A stretch of DNA of 63,989 nucleotides, counting the filler, from Dirinaria sp. TL-2023a (lineage: Eukaryota), in the NCBI GenBank assembly GCA_051941275.1. It is 3 parts of 3 records of this genome, joined end to end, with 100 filler letters (N's around TTAATTAATTAA, not from the genome) between each part and the next. Parts side by side here need not be neighbours in the genome. Positions count along the whole stretch, not along the records: positions 1 to 22,954 come from JAVEBF010000213.1; 2 more parts are not named here. The stretch is one strand, 5' to 3'. The notes below the pieces were generated by a model. It saw nothing but the letters and a program-made list of their open reading frames with translations. It made no database searches and was not told where the DNA came from. How positions within the stretch are numbered: position 1 is the stretch's first letter; each line of letters opens with the position of its first letter. This document shows, piece after piece, positions 1 through 13,541 of this stretch. The translations under genes were made by a program, and so were the position numbers.

Positions 1-371
1 CTGTAAGGTCAATAAAGGCGGTTCTTGCTTGTCAACCTCCACTTTCGGATACCTCAAGTGTCATCCTGTGTGGTGTGCTTGTCGGCCCAATCCCGCTCAG
101 CGCTTCCATCCCATATTGCGACTGCCGCGGAAAGGCCCTCCCCTTCACACACGGCGCCTCACTTTACCAAGGCGATTCCTTCCTTCCATTACCACGGAAG
201 TGATCTGCTGGACCGCACAAGGCTGCTTCCCTATCTTCAATCGCCTCCAAGCGTCACGCCACTCCTCAAGCGAGACTCCACGTTACTTGCGCTCCGTCTG
301 TGGGCACGAGAGACCGTCACACCTTCTGCACTCGACATACAGCATACTCAAACACCTTATATCCAGACACT

Positions 372-1851
372 ATGAGTACAGCAGTCGCATCCGCCGCTGC
401 TCCTCCGCTAGCTCCGCCACCTGCCGAGTCTGAAGTGAGTCCTCGGTCGTCGTATCCAACAATTGCTCCATCGAACAGCGCACCGGCCCAAGCAGATCGC
501 ATCTCAGCCACGCCCAACACTGCGTCTGGTAGTGTCCCCGTTGTACTGGGCGAGGGACCAGCCCAGCAGAAAGTGACACCTGATGGGAAACGTTCTCCTA
601 ATTCGTATGTCTTTCTACGCTATCACCGCCGCTATGTTAATTCTACCGTATCTTCACCAAGCTAATCAACCAATGAATAGATCAAGGCATGGACCTCCAA
701 AAATAATCGTCAAGAAAGAGCCACCGTCTTCGCCAGAGGTGCCTGTCACTTCTCGGCATCGACCCCGCAAATTGGATTTGTCGTCGAGTACTTCCCAGAG
801 TCAGCCAACGCAGTCGTCCCGACCCTCGGCACCTTTAACTGCGAGAGAAAGTAGCGGCCTGGCAATGCATGACGTCGGTATAGCATGCTTATCACCTGGT
901 TTCCAAACCCAAGACCCAACAATGCGGGAACAGCTACAGCGCAGCATCTCCGTTCGAGACCAGCAGAGACACATTATCGAGTCAAGATTGCAGAAGACTG
1001 CCAAACCTTCTGATCATGACAGCATGCGAACATCCTCTGAGCTCAATCCTTTCGGAGGAGGCATAAAGACGCCCTCGACTTCAAAGAAGAGACCTCCAGC
1101 GGGTTTGTCCATTGTTCCTCCGTCCCACGAACAGTTCGCCAATGAGCGAGTAATCCAATCAGCCCCTCTTCATCAAAGCTTCACTGGCCGACACCAACCT
1201 CACCCTATGACACGGCACGTCGCCAATCAACCTTCCAACCTTTCCAATACTTCTCACATCCATCATGTTCCGGCAAACCAAACGAACAATACCCTTCCTT
1301 CAATATCCGACGTCTTCGCTGGCGAAGGCCTCGGTATTCACCGAGAGCAAAGCCATCGTAACGGCTACCACCATTCTAACTCGAATTCCAACTCGTCGCA
1401 TTCGAACCATCGTCCTGCTTTCCCGTCTCCTGGTCTGCCACCTCCGTCTTCTCATCCTCCACCGTCGTCCGGGCGAGCTCGCGACTATCGCTCTGCTGAA
1501 GAAGCTGTTGCCGACATGGCACAAGGCCGAGAAGATCTCATACCAAAGATAATCCATTACAGTGGGCATCAACCGCCAACGCCGCCATCCCCTGTCTCTG
1601 GACCTGGGCCGACACCAAATAAGCAGATGGTCATGTCGAATCACGTCAACGGAGAGCATCACAGTGGCAATGGGCGACGGAGGGCGAGGATGGAGTACGA
1701 GAGGGACATGGGCAGCCCGCCCTTGGGTAGTGGGAGAGGACCCCGGAGCGGTCCGTTCGGTGAAGGGCGCGATAGCCCCGAGAGTCAAAGGAAGAAGAAG
1801 GACGAATTTTTGGGGCTTTGCGCTAGGGCTTGGGATCTGTTCCATTCATGA
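372..1851 (+). CDS. Uncharacterised Ser/Pro/His-rich, largely disordered fungal protein (2 exons: 372-604, 681-1851)
   Basis: ATG at 372; intron 605-680 (GTATGT...GCTAAT...TAG) joins the 300..665 frame to the 583..1851 frame in phase; C-terminus KKDEFLGLCARAWDLFHS. Confidence 0.75.
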
Positions 1852-2555
1852 GTGAGCAATGGTGTCGGTTGAAGAAAGATCATACTTGTTGTCAGGATTT
1901 AACAAGGTCATCCATCCCACTTTGGAACGCATGCTGTCTGTGTAGGGTTACTGTTCAAGGGATTTCTAGGAAGGGGAAAGACGGTGATGTAACGATATGG
2001 AGGGATTCCGGAGCTGAAGGGAAAATAACTGGACGAAGGATCACGAGTGCCTAATAATACAGTATGATACGGAAGTTTCTCAGAGATGGCAATGCAGATG
2101 TTTTTGGGATGTCGATCCACCAAGGCGTTTGGCTGGCTTGTTCAGAGCTGCATTTATATAATGATTTGCGGGGCGCGTGTAGGAGGCTCTCTGTTGGGCT
2201 GGAGGAAATCGAACCTCCGTTTTCCTCATAACTTGCGGAGGCCTATATCGGCCATAGCAAAGACCGAGGATCCCCCAAAGGCCAAGGCCGTTTAATTAAT
2301 GTGTGGATAGAGTACATGTTCTTCTATCACTCCTCATACCTACATTACCGATGATCCAGTGCAGCGAAGCGTCATGTCTCTTACGTTCGATACAAGTGCC
2401 CTACCTACCTATTTCTACAGACGAAGTTTCGTGCCAACAACGCCATTGCCATGCTACCTACACTATCCAATGTTTGGTAGTATTCGTACAATATCAGAAG
2501 CTGGTTCTCTAAGCTTGAAAAATCAGCCTTAGCAACGCATTAAATCCACATTACC

Positions 2556-4356
2556 TTATTCATCGATCCCCGGCGCCCTCATATCTCGATTCTTCCCCAC
2601 CACCCGTCCCCAAATCCCCTCAAAACCCGCCCAGGTCTTACTAACCATCCCTTCAATAGGCCTTGCTTCAGCTCCGCCCACAGTTTCCTTCCCTTGCGCG
2701 ACAGTCTCTGTTGGAAGGTCCCATGCTTTACTTCTATCAGGTGGGTCACCACTGTCAGGCCAAGGCGCGTCAAGCTCGAAACCCTCTGTGAAGATCAGAG
2801 CCGCAAAGGCCTCCATCTCCGGCACACCCTCCATAGCTTGGGCGTACTCATTCGGCAGCCCGTGCCCTATTGCATGGGCTTGACGCGTCAGAACTGCTAA
2901 TATTGTCGCCAGCTTTGTCGTCGCCCTGGCCGGATCATTTTCCGGTGTGATCTCTGTCATGCGAGATTCGGACAGAGAACTTATTGGTTTAACAGGGGAA
3001 ATTTTAAAGGCTTCGCTGCGGAGATGGTGGTCTGTGAGACGAGAGAAAGCGGTGTCGAGGAGGAGCGTGAGGATCTGGGTGAATGGTGGAGATTCGATGA
3101 GGTCGGATGTTTCATCAAGAAGACGGCGGAGCGGTGGAGCACTTGCACTTGTGGCTGCGGCTGGGGTTTCGAGTTGAGAGGGCGAGGCCGTAGGATAGAT
3201 TGGAGAGGTGGAGTTTGTGGGGTGGGGTGGAGGTGAAGAGGATGGGGAAGAAGTCATCGCAGATTCTCGAAGAACCATATCTTCTTGATCAGGCGGAGGG
3301 AGGAGGTAGCAAAGCCAGCGCTGATTCCTAGCTTCTATATCAGCCGCTGATTATTTTCAAGAGTAGTAAGGACGAAGGAGTGGGCTCGTATACTTCCTGT
3401 CCTCAGGGGCATCTCCTTCTACTTTGCGGCGTACATCTAAAACTAAGGCTGACAATTGATCAAGCTGGATATCCTGCCGTGGACTCAGCGGCCCAAAAAC
3501 GTCCTGAACAGCTGCCTCAACCTTTGCCATAATTTCCCGCCATCCGCGATGCAACAACCACCAGCTAAACGTCAAGAATTTGCGATTCGTCTCGAAGTCG
3601 TTGCCATACGACTGCTCAGCATTATCGTCGTCACGATTCTCCAGAGTTATGGTAGGAACATGAGGATGGTATGAGACAAGAGAGACAACGCTCGAAAGGT
3701 AGTTTCGGCGGCCAAGGAGATTGAGTTGGATACGTGTTAGCAGTGTGAGAAGGGAGAGGACGTAGACGAGGGTAAAAGCACGTGTTGCCGAGCCTATCTT
3801 AAGCTCATTCCACAGCTGCGCTTTGCTCTTTGATGGTCCTTCGCTGGTGGCAGAGCTCGTCGTTCCAATTTGGCTCGCGCGGACATAGCTGCCACTTTGG
3901 AAACTCGATAGGCTTCTGCCATCATCGTCCGTCACACTCGGAGGTCCGGAGGCAGCAGACGAAGGATCCGAGGTTCTGCCCTCGCTTCTACCAAGCCTCT
4001 CTGCTTTCTTTTGCTGTAAGTCGCGAGTGATGTCCTCGACTGATAGAGCTTCAAGGATGTCATCGGTCGCGGTGGGTAATAGGGCAAGTACGGTGAAAGT
4101 GCAATCTTCTTGGTTTTGCTGGAAGCGGCGTCGCAGACTACGGAAAAGCAATCAATTAGGCTGGATTGTAGGGAATTTGGCAATGCAACGAGAAATACTT
4201 TTCTTTAGCTATGCGATCTGCTGTCAGCCGCTCTCGCGCGTCGGAGATCTTCGACACGACATATTGACCCGCAACATATGCAAGAGCGAGAGCACCGGCA
4301 CCAATTGCGAAACTGGTTCTGTTTCGGCGAAGCCAGCGCCTGGTTGCTGAGATCAT
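2556..4356 (-). CDS. PEX3: Peroxin-3, peroxisomal membrane biogenesis factor (3 exons)
   Basis: N-terminal basic plus hydrophobic anchor (RRWLRRNRTSFAIGAGAL); LRRRFQQNQEDCTFTVLALLP, TRIQLNLLGRRNY and FLTFSWWLLHRGW motifs; ORFs 4156-4356, 3357-4151 and 2556-3278 joined by GT-AG introns. Confidence 0.93.
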
Positions 4357-5229
4357 GATTGACGGCGAGCTTGCCTAAGCAGTCGGGACGAGGGTGGTTG
4401 GGGAGAGGACGCCAAGGGCATCAATTACGAGCAGCCATTATGTTGCCCAAGTTCTGCGCGGATGCCGTGTACGAGTAGCATGAATATTATGGCGAAGCAA
4501 GAGGGAGAACTGCAGCGTGAGGCCGGGTGGCAGGATGAACAAGTACCTCAGGCTTGTAGACTCACCTCATGTCTCGTATGTTGCCCGTACCCTCGCTCGC
4601 CTCGGTACGGAGTACATAGATTCCTTGCCCTACCTAAGCAGCTAAGGTACCTAAGTACTTGCATCCCTCCTTGCAACATTTCAGGGTTAGGGTTAAAACA
4701 ATAAATCTTCGAGGTCGGATTTGGAGCTCTTCCAAAGTAACCGATCGGCCTACCAATGATAACGAGCGCTCCAAATGGCGCTTCAATGATGGATCAGACT
4801 TTCCTCATCTCGTTGATACGTTCTGCCTTGAAGTTAGCACCCTGCTAGGGTAGAAAATTCAATAAATTTATCTATCAAGCATCAAGGTCCGGAAAGGTAC
4901 CGAGTAGTCCTGCATGTACAACGATATGATAAAGGTCTTGGCGCTTCGAGGCGCTAGTCGTGGGTATGCTGAATGCTCGCATGGTGGGGGCCGAGGCGGG
5001 CGTAATCTGTACATGCGTAACAAATATATGTACTGTATGTACATTCCATTACTCAGGTAACCGTGGAGACAGAATTATGGACTTGTGAGGTATTCGTGCA
5101 ACGGCAAGCTGGACAGTTGCTTTGCGACTGTTGGTCCAAACTTTGCGCCTGCATGACCAGCCTGGAGAACGCTTCTAGAGGCCCCTCCTGTCCACCCCTT
5201 CCTCGGAGTTGCTCCCTTGCACAGTTACC

Positions 5230-5937
5230 ATGGACCAACGCGAACCACGGCGCCCACCTGAATACATCCTGGAAGTCTTTGCCGATCCCACCTGTATCAA
5301 AGACGTGGTTCGAAGTTCGCATCGATCCGTTTCCCCGCTGATGCTACAGGGTTGATGTTCGTAGGTGTCCTGCATACTATATTCTTCCATCGCTACTTCC
5401 CCTGCCACCGACCCGGCGCGCTCGACGTCCTTGATCTGACCCTCCCCGTTGTGACCAACTCCGAGCTCGAGACCCTCATAGACACCCGCGTCGGGCAGCT
5501 GGCCCGGCAACTTTCGTCCGATACCTCTCCCCAAGGAAGCATTAGAGGACAACTCGCCGTTCAATTTTACGAGAAGAGGAGGAAAAAGGGCGGCGGTTTA
5601 GGGTGGTTTGGAGGAGGTAGGGCGGAAGAGGAGGTTTGTTGGGAAATATGGCGGTTAGAGGTTACTTTGGCTATACCCAAGACGGAGACTGGTGAGCATA
5701 CCTGACAGCAAGGTTTTCGGAGGGTTGGCAGACGCTAACACGCGTGCAGAGCGAACCAAGGTCTTGCGAGCCGTCGCCTCGACGCTTCGCAAAACTGCCT
5801 TGAAGATTGTCAATACCGTAAATCGAGACAAAGATCATATCCCGCCTATCACGACGAACGACACGAACCCTTTCCCCTATCAGATAACGTTGAATCCAAG
5901 GTTAGAAGGGTGGGGAAAGGGTATAGGGATCTTCTGA
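5230..5937 (+). CDS. ATG101: Autophagy-related protein 101 (DUF1649, HORMA-like), 3 exons
   Basis: PPEYILEVFADP...VLHTIFFHRYF; VQFYEKRRKK...WF; EEVCWEIW; HIPPITTNDTNPFPY. Confidence 0.88.
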
Positions 5938-6473
5938 AATCGTTTGCAAAGTCGTAAAACTTACTAGCCATGGTCAAGAATTTATAGCGAGTTTGTTTGG
6001 ATAAAAATACCAGGCTATTGATCTGGATACTATAGACAGTCAATAGTAAAGAAGGACCCGGCGCGAACACATTACATAGATGAATTGATCAATATCTCAC
6101 ATTAGCTTTCATGGCTCGATCGTGGAGCCGTGCAGAGGTTAAAGGCAGAGTGTGTCCCAAACCTCACAAGATATGATCGTAAACATAGAAGGGAGACTGG
6201 CAATCCAAGTTGTATTCAATATCCTGTATTCGAATAGACTTTCATTGAGTGATACACTAGCTGCAATGTAAAGCATAATTCTTCACTGCCTGTGACTAAT
6301 CCATAGCGAAATGAGTTGAAGGTGTCACACACGCTACTGAGACTACTCGACACTTGGAGATTTGGGCATGCCCTAACGCGAAAGCCACCTAAATCATGCC
6401 TCACTGTGTGACTTAGAATTTCCAGAGTGTAGAGAGCGGGTAGATGTCTCGTGCTCCCCGTGCACAACTCCTC

Positions 6474-7321
6474 TTACTGCGACTTGGTCGCTTGATCAGC
6501 CCTGGAGCGAAGATCCGCAGCGGTAGAGCCACTTTGGGAGAAGTAGCGAGAAAAGACTGGCTGGATGAATGAGCGGAAAACTATCTGCGCGCCTCTGGAA
6601 ATACTGTCAGTGATGGTACCAGGTGGCTGTGGTGCTCGAAAATAACTTACCCAAATTGGGGAAGAGCCATCCACAAGATCAGCACAAATTTGAAGGTGTA
6701 GTAGAATGCTGCGACATGTCAGACGATCTTCGGCGTATGATGCTTATCGGGAACCTACGAAACCAGTAAACTGCGTTGACTAGGCTTTCGAGCACGGTCA
6801 AAAAAGCGTACACAACCCAATACTATCAATCCTTTAGCGGCATGTCCAGAAATACGTGTTTCAGGTCATAGAAATGTAGACTTACGGTCAGCCACTATTT
6901 AGACATTAGCAGAGAATCATTGCAAGTTATCAGTGCAAATGACATACCTGTGTATCATCCACCTTACTGGCGCTGAACAAAGCGTCAAGGGAGTAATAGC
7001 CAGGGATGACGAATCCCGCAAAATTCACAAGAAACTCCCCGGCGATATTGAAAAAGACGAGGAAGAAGTAGATTCCGACAAGTCCAAGGAAGGCATAGAC
7101 CTTTGGCACAGACGTTTGCTTCTCAAAGTTGTTCAGGGCGGGATACTTGGATAACTGAAGGTATTGAGTCAGCATTATGGTTACTCGATAAGCCTGAAAG
7201 GGAGTCTAGGGAGGCAACAAGGGCTCAAAAAACCAGGCATCAAGTTTCGAAGCACATTAAGACAACGAACCTCTTTATCGATCTGGTTGATCTGGTGCTG
7301 TGTTCGGTCTTGGAAAGACAT
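6474..7321 (-). CDS. YOP1: Yop1/REEP (TB2/DP1/HVA22) ER-shaping membrane protein, multi-exon
   Basis: MSFQDRTQHQISQIDKE / LSKYPALNNFEKQTSVPKVY / IPGYYSLDALFSASKVDDTQ / YWVVYAFLTVLES / FYYTFKFVLILWMALPQ / GAQIVFRSFIQPVF in successive exons. Confidence 0.92.
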
Positions 7322-8070
7322 GGTGCTTGTGTTGATTCAGACAGTCAAGGCAAGAAGCTGAAGAATAATAGCTTCTGGACAGACTTGTGACCTCTTTTCC
7401 AAGTTGTGGTTAAAATTGAAGAGGTTCAAGATACTCTGGTAGGAGTGGTGGTATGATGGAAGAGTCGGAGTGACGTTGGAGTCGTTGGTGTTGGTGTTTA
7501 GGGAGTAAATTAGTAAAAGCAGGAGTGCTTTTACATGGACTTTACCTGTTCAAGGCAGGAACCAGACGATCCCCACACTAGCCACATTCGGCGCTAGTCG
7601 ACTTCCATGGCTGGCTTGGTTCCTTGGCACGGTCTCCCAGCCGCTCCTGCTGCTACTTGATAAACAGAGCAGTCAACAAACATGAAGCACTGCACTGCTG
7701 AGCCCTCCTCGTAAAAGGAACGACAACGAGCATCTCCCATGGACAAGTGGTGCTAGTGGGCTCGAGGAATATTGGTAAGTCTGTGTTATTATCCTTCCAT
7801 GGAACCTTCGGTGCATCGATTGTTGCCGTCATCTGCTGTTTCTATTCTTCTTCTTTCAGCATGAGTAATGGATTCATGGAGAATCATCCGACACCAAAAG
7901 ATCGCTTCGACAAACAATTTCGAATCTTCTGTTCGCGCTTGACCTTGTTGGCAATTCCAAGCCTTATCTGTTCTACCAGTGGCGAAGACTGACAAGTTCC
8001 TTCTCCGCACAGATACGCAACAGCCATTGTTGGCGCAGAGAAATCCGTCGCAACTCCACAATCCACCAAC

Positions 8071-10837
8071 ATGGCTACCATACTTGCTCAGAGGCAGCGA
8101 TCGAACACATCCGTATCTACCTCAAGTAGCCACCCTGCGCAGTCCTGTCCATCGACCGCAAGTGCTCATTCTGCAACGGCGCAACCGTCGCAGCAACATC
8201 AGTATCAGCCACTATCCAGACAGCGGTCTGCACCTACGCAAGAAGTGTATCCTATCCAGTATCGACAGGCTGCTTCGCACACACCAGAGGAGACGAGTAC
8301 CCACGGCCAAAGCCAGTTCCCAGTTCCGTACGGCATCGATCCTTCTTTGCGCCACGAAGAGAATCGCAGGCGTTCAATGAGCGCTGAGCCAAGCCATACC
8401 GATGCTGTTGATACAGCAGGAGCCCCATTCGGTCACCGTGTGTCATACGATGAAGCCGTACATCCGACCTTTCAAAGTGTCAATGATGAGCAAGCGCAGG
8501 AAGATACCGGGACCGAAGCAGGAAGAAAGAAAAAAGGATCCGCTTCTAGTGCTGCAAATGACATGGAACTAAAGCGGCTATTTGCAGAACACAGAGGTCG
8601 GCCTCTGAAGGAAGTCGCGGCAGAGGTCATCGTACACGAAAGAGGGCCTAGATCTGAGAAGACAAAGCAGATATTTGCAATGTTATGGTAAGGCCAAAGC
8701 AATACACCATTACAAGTTCGAGAAGCTAATGCCTGAATCAGGCTAGATGCTGTATGCAAGAAAAGTACAGGCTCGGTGCCCCGTAGTCGAGTGTTCTCTC
8801 ACTACGCAAAAAGGTGCGGCACCGAAAGAGTCCCACCTCTGAATCCGGCCTCCTTTGGAAAATTGGTTCGCATTATTTTCCCTGGGATTTCGACAAGACG
8901 GCTCGGTATGCGAGGAGAATCCAAATATCATTACGTTGATCTGTCTTTAGTCGATGAGCAGCCAGATTACAACGAAGGTACTGATCGAGGGCAAATCATG
9001 AGAGCTGGTAGTTGCGTCCCTGAGAGACCGAATTTGAAGAGGTATGTTAGTGTGGCGCGTCGCCAGCTTAGTCACTGCGGGCTTCAACGCGATCAATAAG
9101 AGTTGAAAGCTAATATACATGTTCATCTCTCCCTTCAGACAAAGATCTCAACCTCCAGCCGACACCGCTGCATTTCCGGCCCCAGACGAGCCATATTTCA
9201 CTAATGCTTACAATACCTCCAAACGCCAAAAGGTAGTCTCTGGCTCTCTCTTAGTACTCGATACAGATATCAACATGGATCAAATCAAAGCCAGCGCCCG
9301 TCCTATCCTCAAGGAGCTCAAATGGCCACTGGCCCAGGAAGAACCCTACCAAGAAGAACAAGCAATCAAGCTACCAGATATCTATGGCTATGTACCTCCT
9401 GGTACCGATCCGGATGCTGCAAATGCGTTAATGGCTCTCTACAGATCGCATTGTATTTCCGTGATTGACTGCTTCCGATTTTGCAAGGAGAAAATGCTGT
9501 GGCATCATTTCACCTGCTTTCATGGAACGCTTACAGTTCCTGTACAAAAGCTACTTGCTCATTCCGATCTTGCAGCCTGGATCAAGGGATGTGATTGGTC
9601 CATGTATCAGAACATGGTCCGCTTTGTGGCACCACTTGCTCTTCAAGTAGTTCCTCATCGGGTTCTCGATACTTTCAAGATCATTTCTAGGAAGCTCACC
9701 AACCACATTGATATTACCTTTCAAAACCTCCCCCAGCACGTTCGAGACGCAAAGCTCGCTCCTGCTACTCTTTTTGCAGGTCTACTTGACCGCCTACTTC
9801 GAGTCAACGCGACCGCGCACGCGGCTGCGAATATGTTGACTAGTGACGCTAATAGGGAGCAGATGTGGCAGGATTGGTGTCTACATGTCAAACCTGGTAA
9901 AGTTGTTGAAGCATCCTTAGCAAACATTGGCGAATACCGCACATTGTGGATCCTTACACGCGATGTCAGAAATTTGCTTGGGCCCTTGCAATGTATCGCC
10001 TGGGAGGGCATGGAGAGCTGCTATCACAAAGCAAATCGCGAAGCTCCACCGGATTGGTCTCAACACGGTCATGCCGAACATGATGAAAGCACCGAGGGCG
10101 TTCTCGATCGGTGGACTGATTTCCTCTATACACTCCCTTCTCGATTCCCACATGCCGATGCTCGTGAATTGATTGACCGTACCAGCCAGGTCTGCAACGC
10201 TGCATTGAGAGATATCACTATGGCCCAAGCTTTGAGCTTCGGATCATGGTGGATTACAAAGTGCTGGATAGATGAAATGCTGTTGTGGATCACTGAAAAG
10301 GGAGGGTTCATGGATCCGTCGTCTCAATCGACGAACTTTGACGGTACGCCTGCCGAGCGCGAAAGGATTGTTACAGCAAATGAAGCTCAAGAGAGCTTTG
10401 CAAGATCAAGGCCGCGCACAGCAGCCAGCGCGAGCGTCGATACAACTAGCAACTTCAGCAACCGAGAGCCTTTAGATGACTTCATCCAAGGTGCAGAGGG
10501 TTTTCAACAACAGCAGAGCAGCCAGGCCCAGCCCCAACAGAGTAACGTGCTAGTATCGCGGCAACCGCAACCTGGACTTCTCCGAGCACATAGCTTTCAC
10601 CCAGAACCGACCCCTGAGGCCAACCCTTTGATTGGGAGGGTCGACCGTCAAGGCCTACATCGCACCAAAAGCGCTAGTCTCGTCACCGATATGCGTGGAA
10701 GTCTACCCGACTTGGACGACCATGATGATAGTGGCATTGGCTTGGGTCTCGAGGACGAGGACCTTAACCTCAGCAAATATCACGGCTTCATTGCTGCCGC
10801 CTTAGGCTCTGATCCTGCAGATGTCAGGGTTTGTTAA
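8071..10837 (+). CDS. RFX-family winged-helix transcription factor (CPCR1/Sak1-like); start codon uncertain
   Basis: RFX DNA-binding motif VPRSRVFSHYAKRCGTERVPPLNPASFGKLVRIIFPGISTRRLGMRGESKYHY; dimerisation-region ALRDITMAQALSFGSWW; introns near 8688-8746 and 9042-9138. Confidence 0.88.
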
Positions 10838-11882
10838 CGATATTGACCAGTCTATCTCGCCAATGTGTATGATTAATGAAAGACAAGTCATCTTTGCGTT
10901 CTTAAGTGCAAATGATCGTGGAAAAGAAAAAAATCAACAGCGAAGAGGAGGACTTTTGACCGACGACGAAGGCGGATGAAGGACTGGACAGGGCCCTGGT
11001 AGGATCTTCTGCAGGCACGGCAAATTCTGGGTCCGAGGAATCGATTTGCTTAACAATTAGGGCAAAATACGGCTTTCGCAATGCTTTCTGTGGATTCTTT
11101 TCCAGATCCGGCTCCGGCTCCGGCTCCAGCCTCAGCATGGGTGACTAGCTTGCTTCCCTGAACATCACCGAGTCAATCTTTCGGCCAGCATAACCTTCTC
11201 GCTTCTCATCGTCAGGGAATGCTACACTTAAAACGCCGTCCTTTATTTTACCAACGATCAGTATCAGTATTTGTGAGCATCGTGTTTTTTTTTTGTCAAG
11301 CAGCGGACGTTTTCTCGCGATTACGTGTTGTAGGCTGGATAAAGTCGTCGGGAGGTAGGATAGGCTCGAGGCTGATTCAGGCTACTTCAGGTGTGCTTTC
11401 GTAGTAATCGTACTGGGATAGATTCTAGTGATTAAATTCAAAGCTTCTTTGAGGTTTCCCATGTCCGAAGCTGATGAGACGGTGTAGAAGTGGTAGACGA
11501 TTGATGGAAGGCACAGCTGCTAAAGCAAGCTAAATCGACTTCCTCGGAGCTCTGAGGTTACGACAAACCAGACATCTTCCACGAGATACGCTTCTACGCA
11601 TCGATCAATGATTCCTAAATCAAGGTCAAACATAAAGAGTTAATGCAGACCGACACTATTTCTTGTCGTCCATCGCTAGCATGCCCAAGAGTTGACTTCA
11701 GCCACACAATCAGAATTGCGTGAGAGACTCAACGTAGTGTTCAAAATTTCCAATAACTCCCTTCCGATGCAGAATGGTCTGGCGCAAAGTCATTCATGAG
11801 GTGCAGTGACTTTCGTGGTGGAATATGTCCAGGCATACATATATAACCTACTTCCAAACCACACTCCCCTTCCATGTCTAAT

Positions 11883-13541
11883 TCAGAGCGGCTTCGCAGC
11901 TGGGAAAAACCGCGGTCCGGCAAAACCGTGTACAATGATGGTCTGTATGTCGATGTTATGAACTTTCGGCGGACTCCATAATTTTAGCAGGATAAAGCGC
12001 CCAGTTCTAGATCTCCGTAAGTTTTCATCCAACCCTCCTCAGATTGGCTGGATGTTCATTTCCTCATGAGACAATGAATGTAAGAAAAGGTGGACTCACA
12101 CAGGTGGATCAAAATTAACAGTAACACAGCTCCTCTCCTTCTCAATGAAAAACCTCGCATGCGGCGCCAACACCCCTTTCTCCCTCCATATCTTCTCTCT
12201 TTTCCCCCGCTCCGTTGCACCTGACGTCGTGAAGGAACCCCTCGCATCGCCATCTTCAATATCGCTACCCTCGCTCCCTTCGGCTATTTCTATCCTGCTA
12301 GGTAGCTCCCTTCTACTTTCGTTTCGCAAAGGCCGAGAGATGCGTACACCCAGTGCTCTCGCGCGCGCATTGATGACACGCGCAATTTCGGGATCAGAGC
12401 CAGATTCTGGATCGCTATCTTCAGCATGCAGAGAGGCACGGTTCCGTCGATGTAGGTCTGCGAGCGTTGCGGCACTGGAAGGCTCTTCTTCATCAGAAGA
12501 TGGGTCGAAGCAATCTGTGGTTACATTGAAGGTTCCAGGACTCGGTACAGCCCGTGGCTCTTCACGCTCCCCGAAGACGCTCGCTTCAGGGGTACCGCCC
12601 GCCGCAGGGCTTTCTGACTCTGGGAGGACAGTAACGCCACGGTGGTTGTTGCGGAAACGATTTTGGGCTCGGCGAAAGGGGGATGGAGGTAAATTCGCAG
12701 GAGGAACATTGCGGACGTCGGACACAGGTGGAGGGATATTGCGGCCAGAAGTGTTGTCATCACGGCGACGGGAACTGGGACGTGTGTCTTCAGACAGTAA
12801 TTCACCGCTATCGAGATCAAGAACTGGAAGTTCCTCGATGATACTGGGGTCGCGGTGGTAGGCTGGCGGTGGGGCAGGGGGGGAATCCTCCCGGAGACGG
12901 TAGACAGATGTGCGAGCCAGGAGATCTTTCTGTTCCATAGAGACGAATACCATGCCTTCTTGGATTCTAATTGACGAGTTAGTCGCTCCAAGAGCGAATT
13001 TAGTGGTATTCAGATCTCACGGTGCAGTGAATAAGCGACTATCTGGAGCTTTAATAATTAACTTCTTCAAACAGAAGGCGGTCTCGCCCTGGTGGCGGAG
13101 AATGATATTACATTTGGTTCCTTGCGTGCAATAGACACTCTTATCATTGCGCAGAATGTTCTCTGGAGAGTGCTCTGAACCATGGGCATGCACACCACCG
13201 TCGCAGCTCACGATCTCCATCTTGAGCGGGCCTGGCACGACTTGACCTCGATGGCCGTAGCTAAAACCTTTATAGCTGGGAGAAAGCTGCCCACTAGTAT
13301 CTAATTTGCGGCGTTTAGCCTGCCTTTTGTTGATTTCAGCCTCGCCAGAGTATTCTCTGGCCCAGAGGCCAGGATCCATGATACGAGGAACAGGTAGGTC
13401 AAGGAGTGAGCTAAGATTCGAGCTAGCCTCGTTCAGACGCTCGACAGCTTGTTGAACTGTGCTAGTGCCGCGGTGAAGAAAGCCGGGAGTGGAGGTATTG
13501 TTATCTCGAGATCTATGTCGATGATCTCTGGGTCCTTGCAT
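11883..13541 (-). CDS. Conserved-looking uncharacterised fungal protein with probable beta-sandwich segments (3 exons)
   Basis: YGHRGQVVPGPLKMEIVSCDGG...ENILRNDKSVYCT...CNIILRHQG; C-terminal PHARFFIEKERSCVTVNFDPPV / GRFILLKLWSP...NIDIQTIIVHGFAGPRFFP; GT-AG introns link ORFs 13017-13697 and 12096-12953 to a last exon ending at TGA 11883. Confidence 0.7.

Noticed and set aside
4681..4695. Telomere-like AGGGTTAGGGTT
   Set aside because: Only two units inside an intergenic region; too short to indicate a telomere or fusion scar.
12145..12861. Long antisense ORF (238 aa) and similar antisense ORFs over other genes
   Set aside because: These are shadow ORFs opposite GC-rich coding exons, with no independent motifs.
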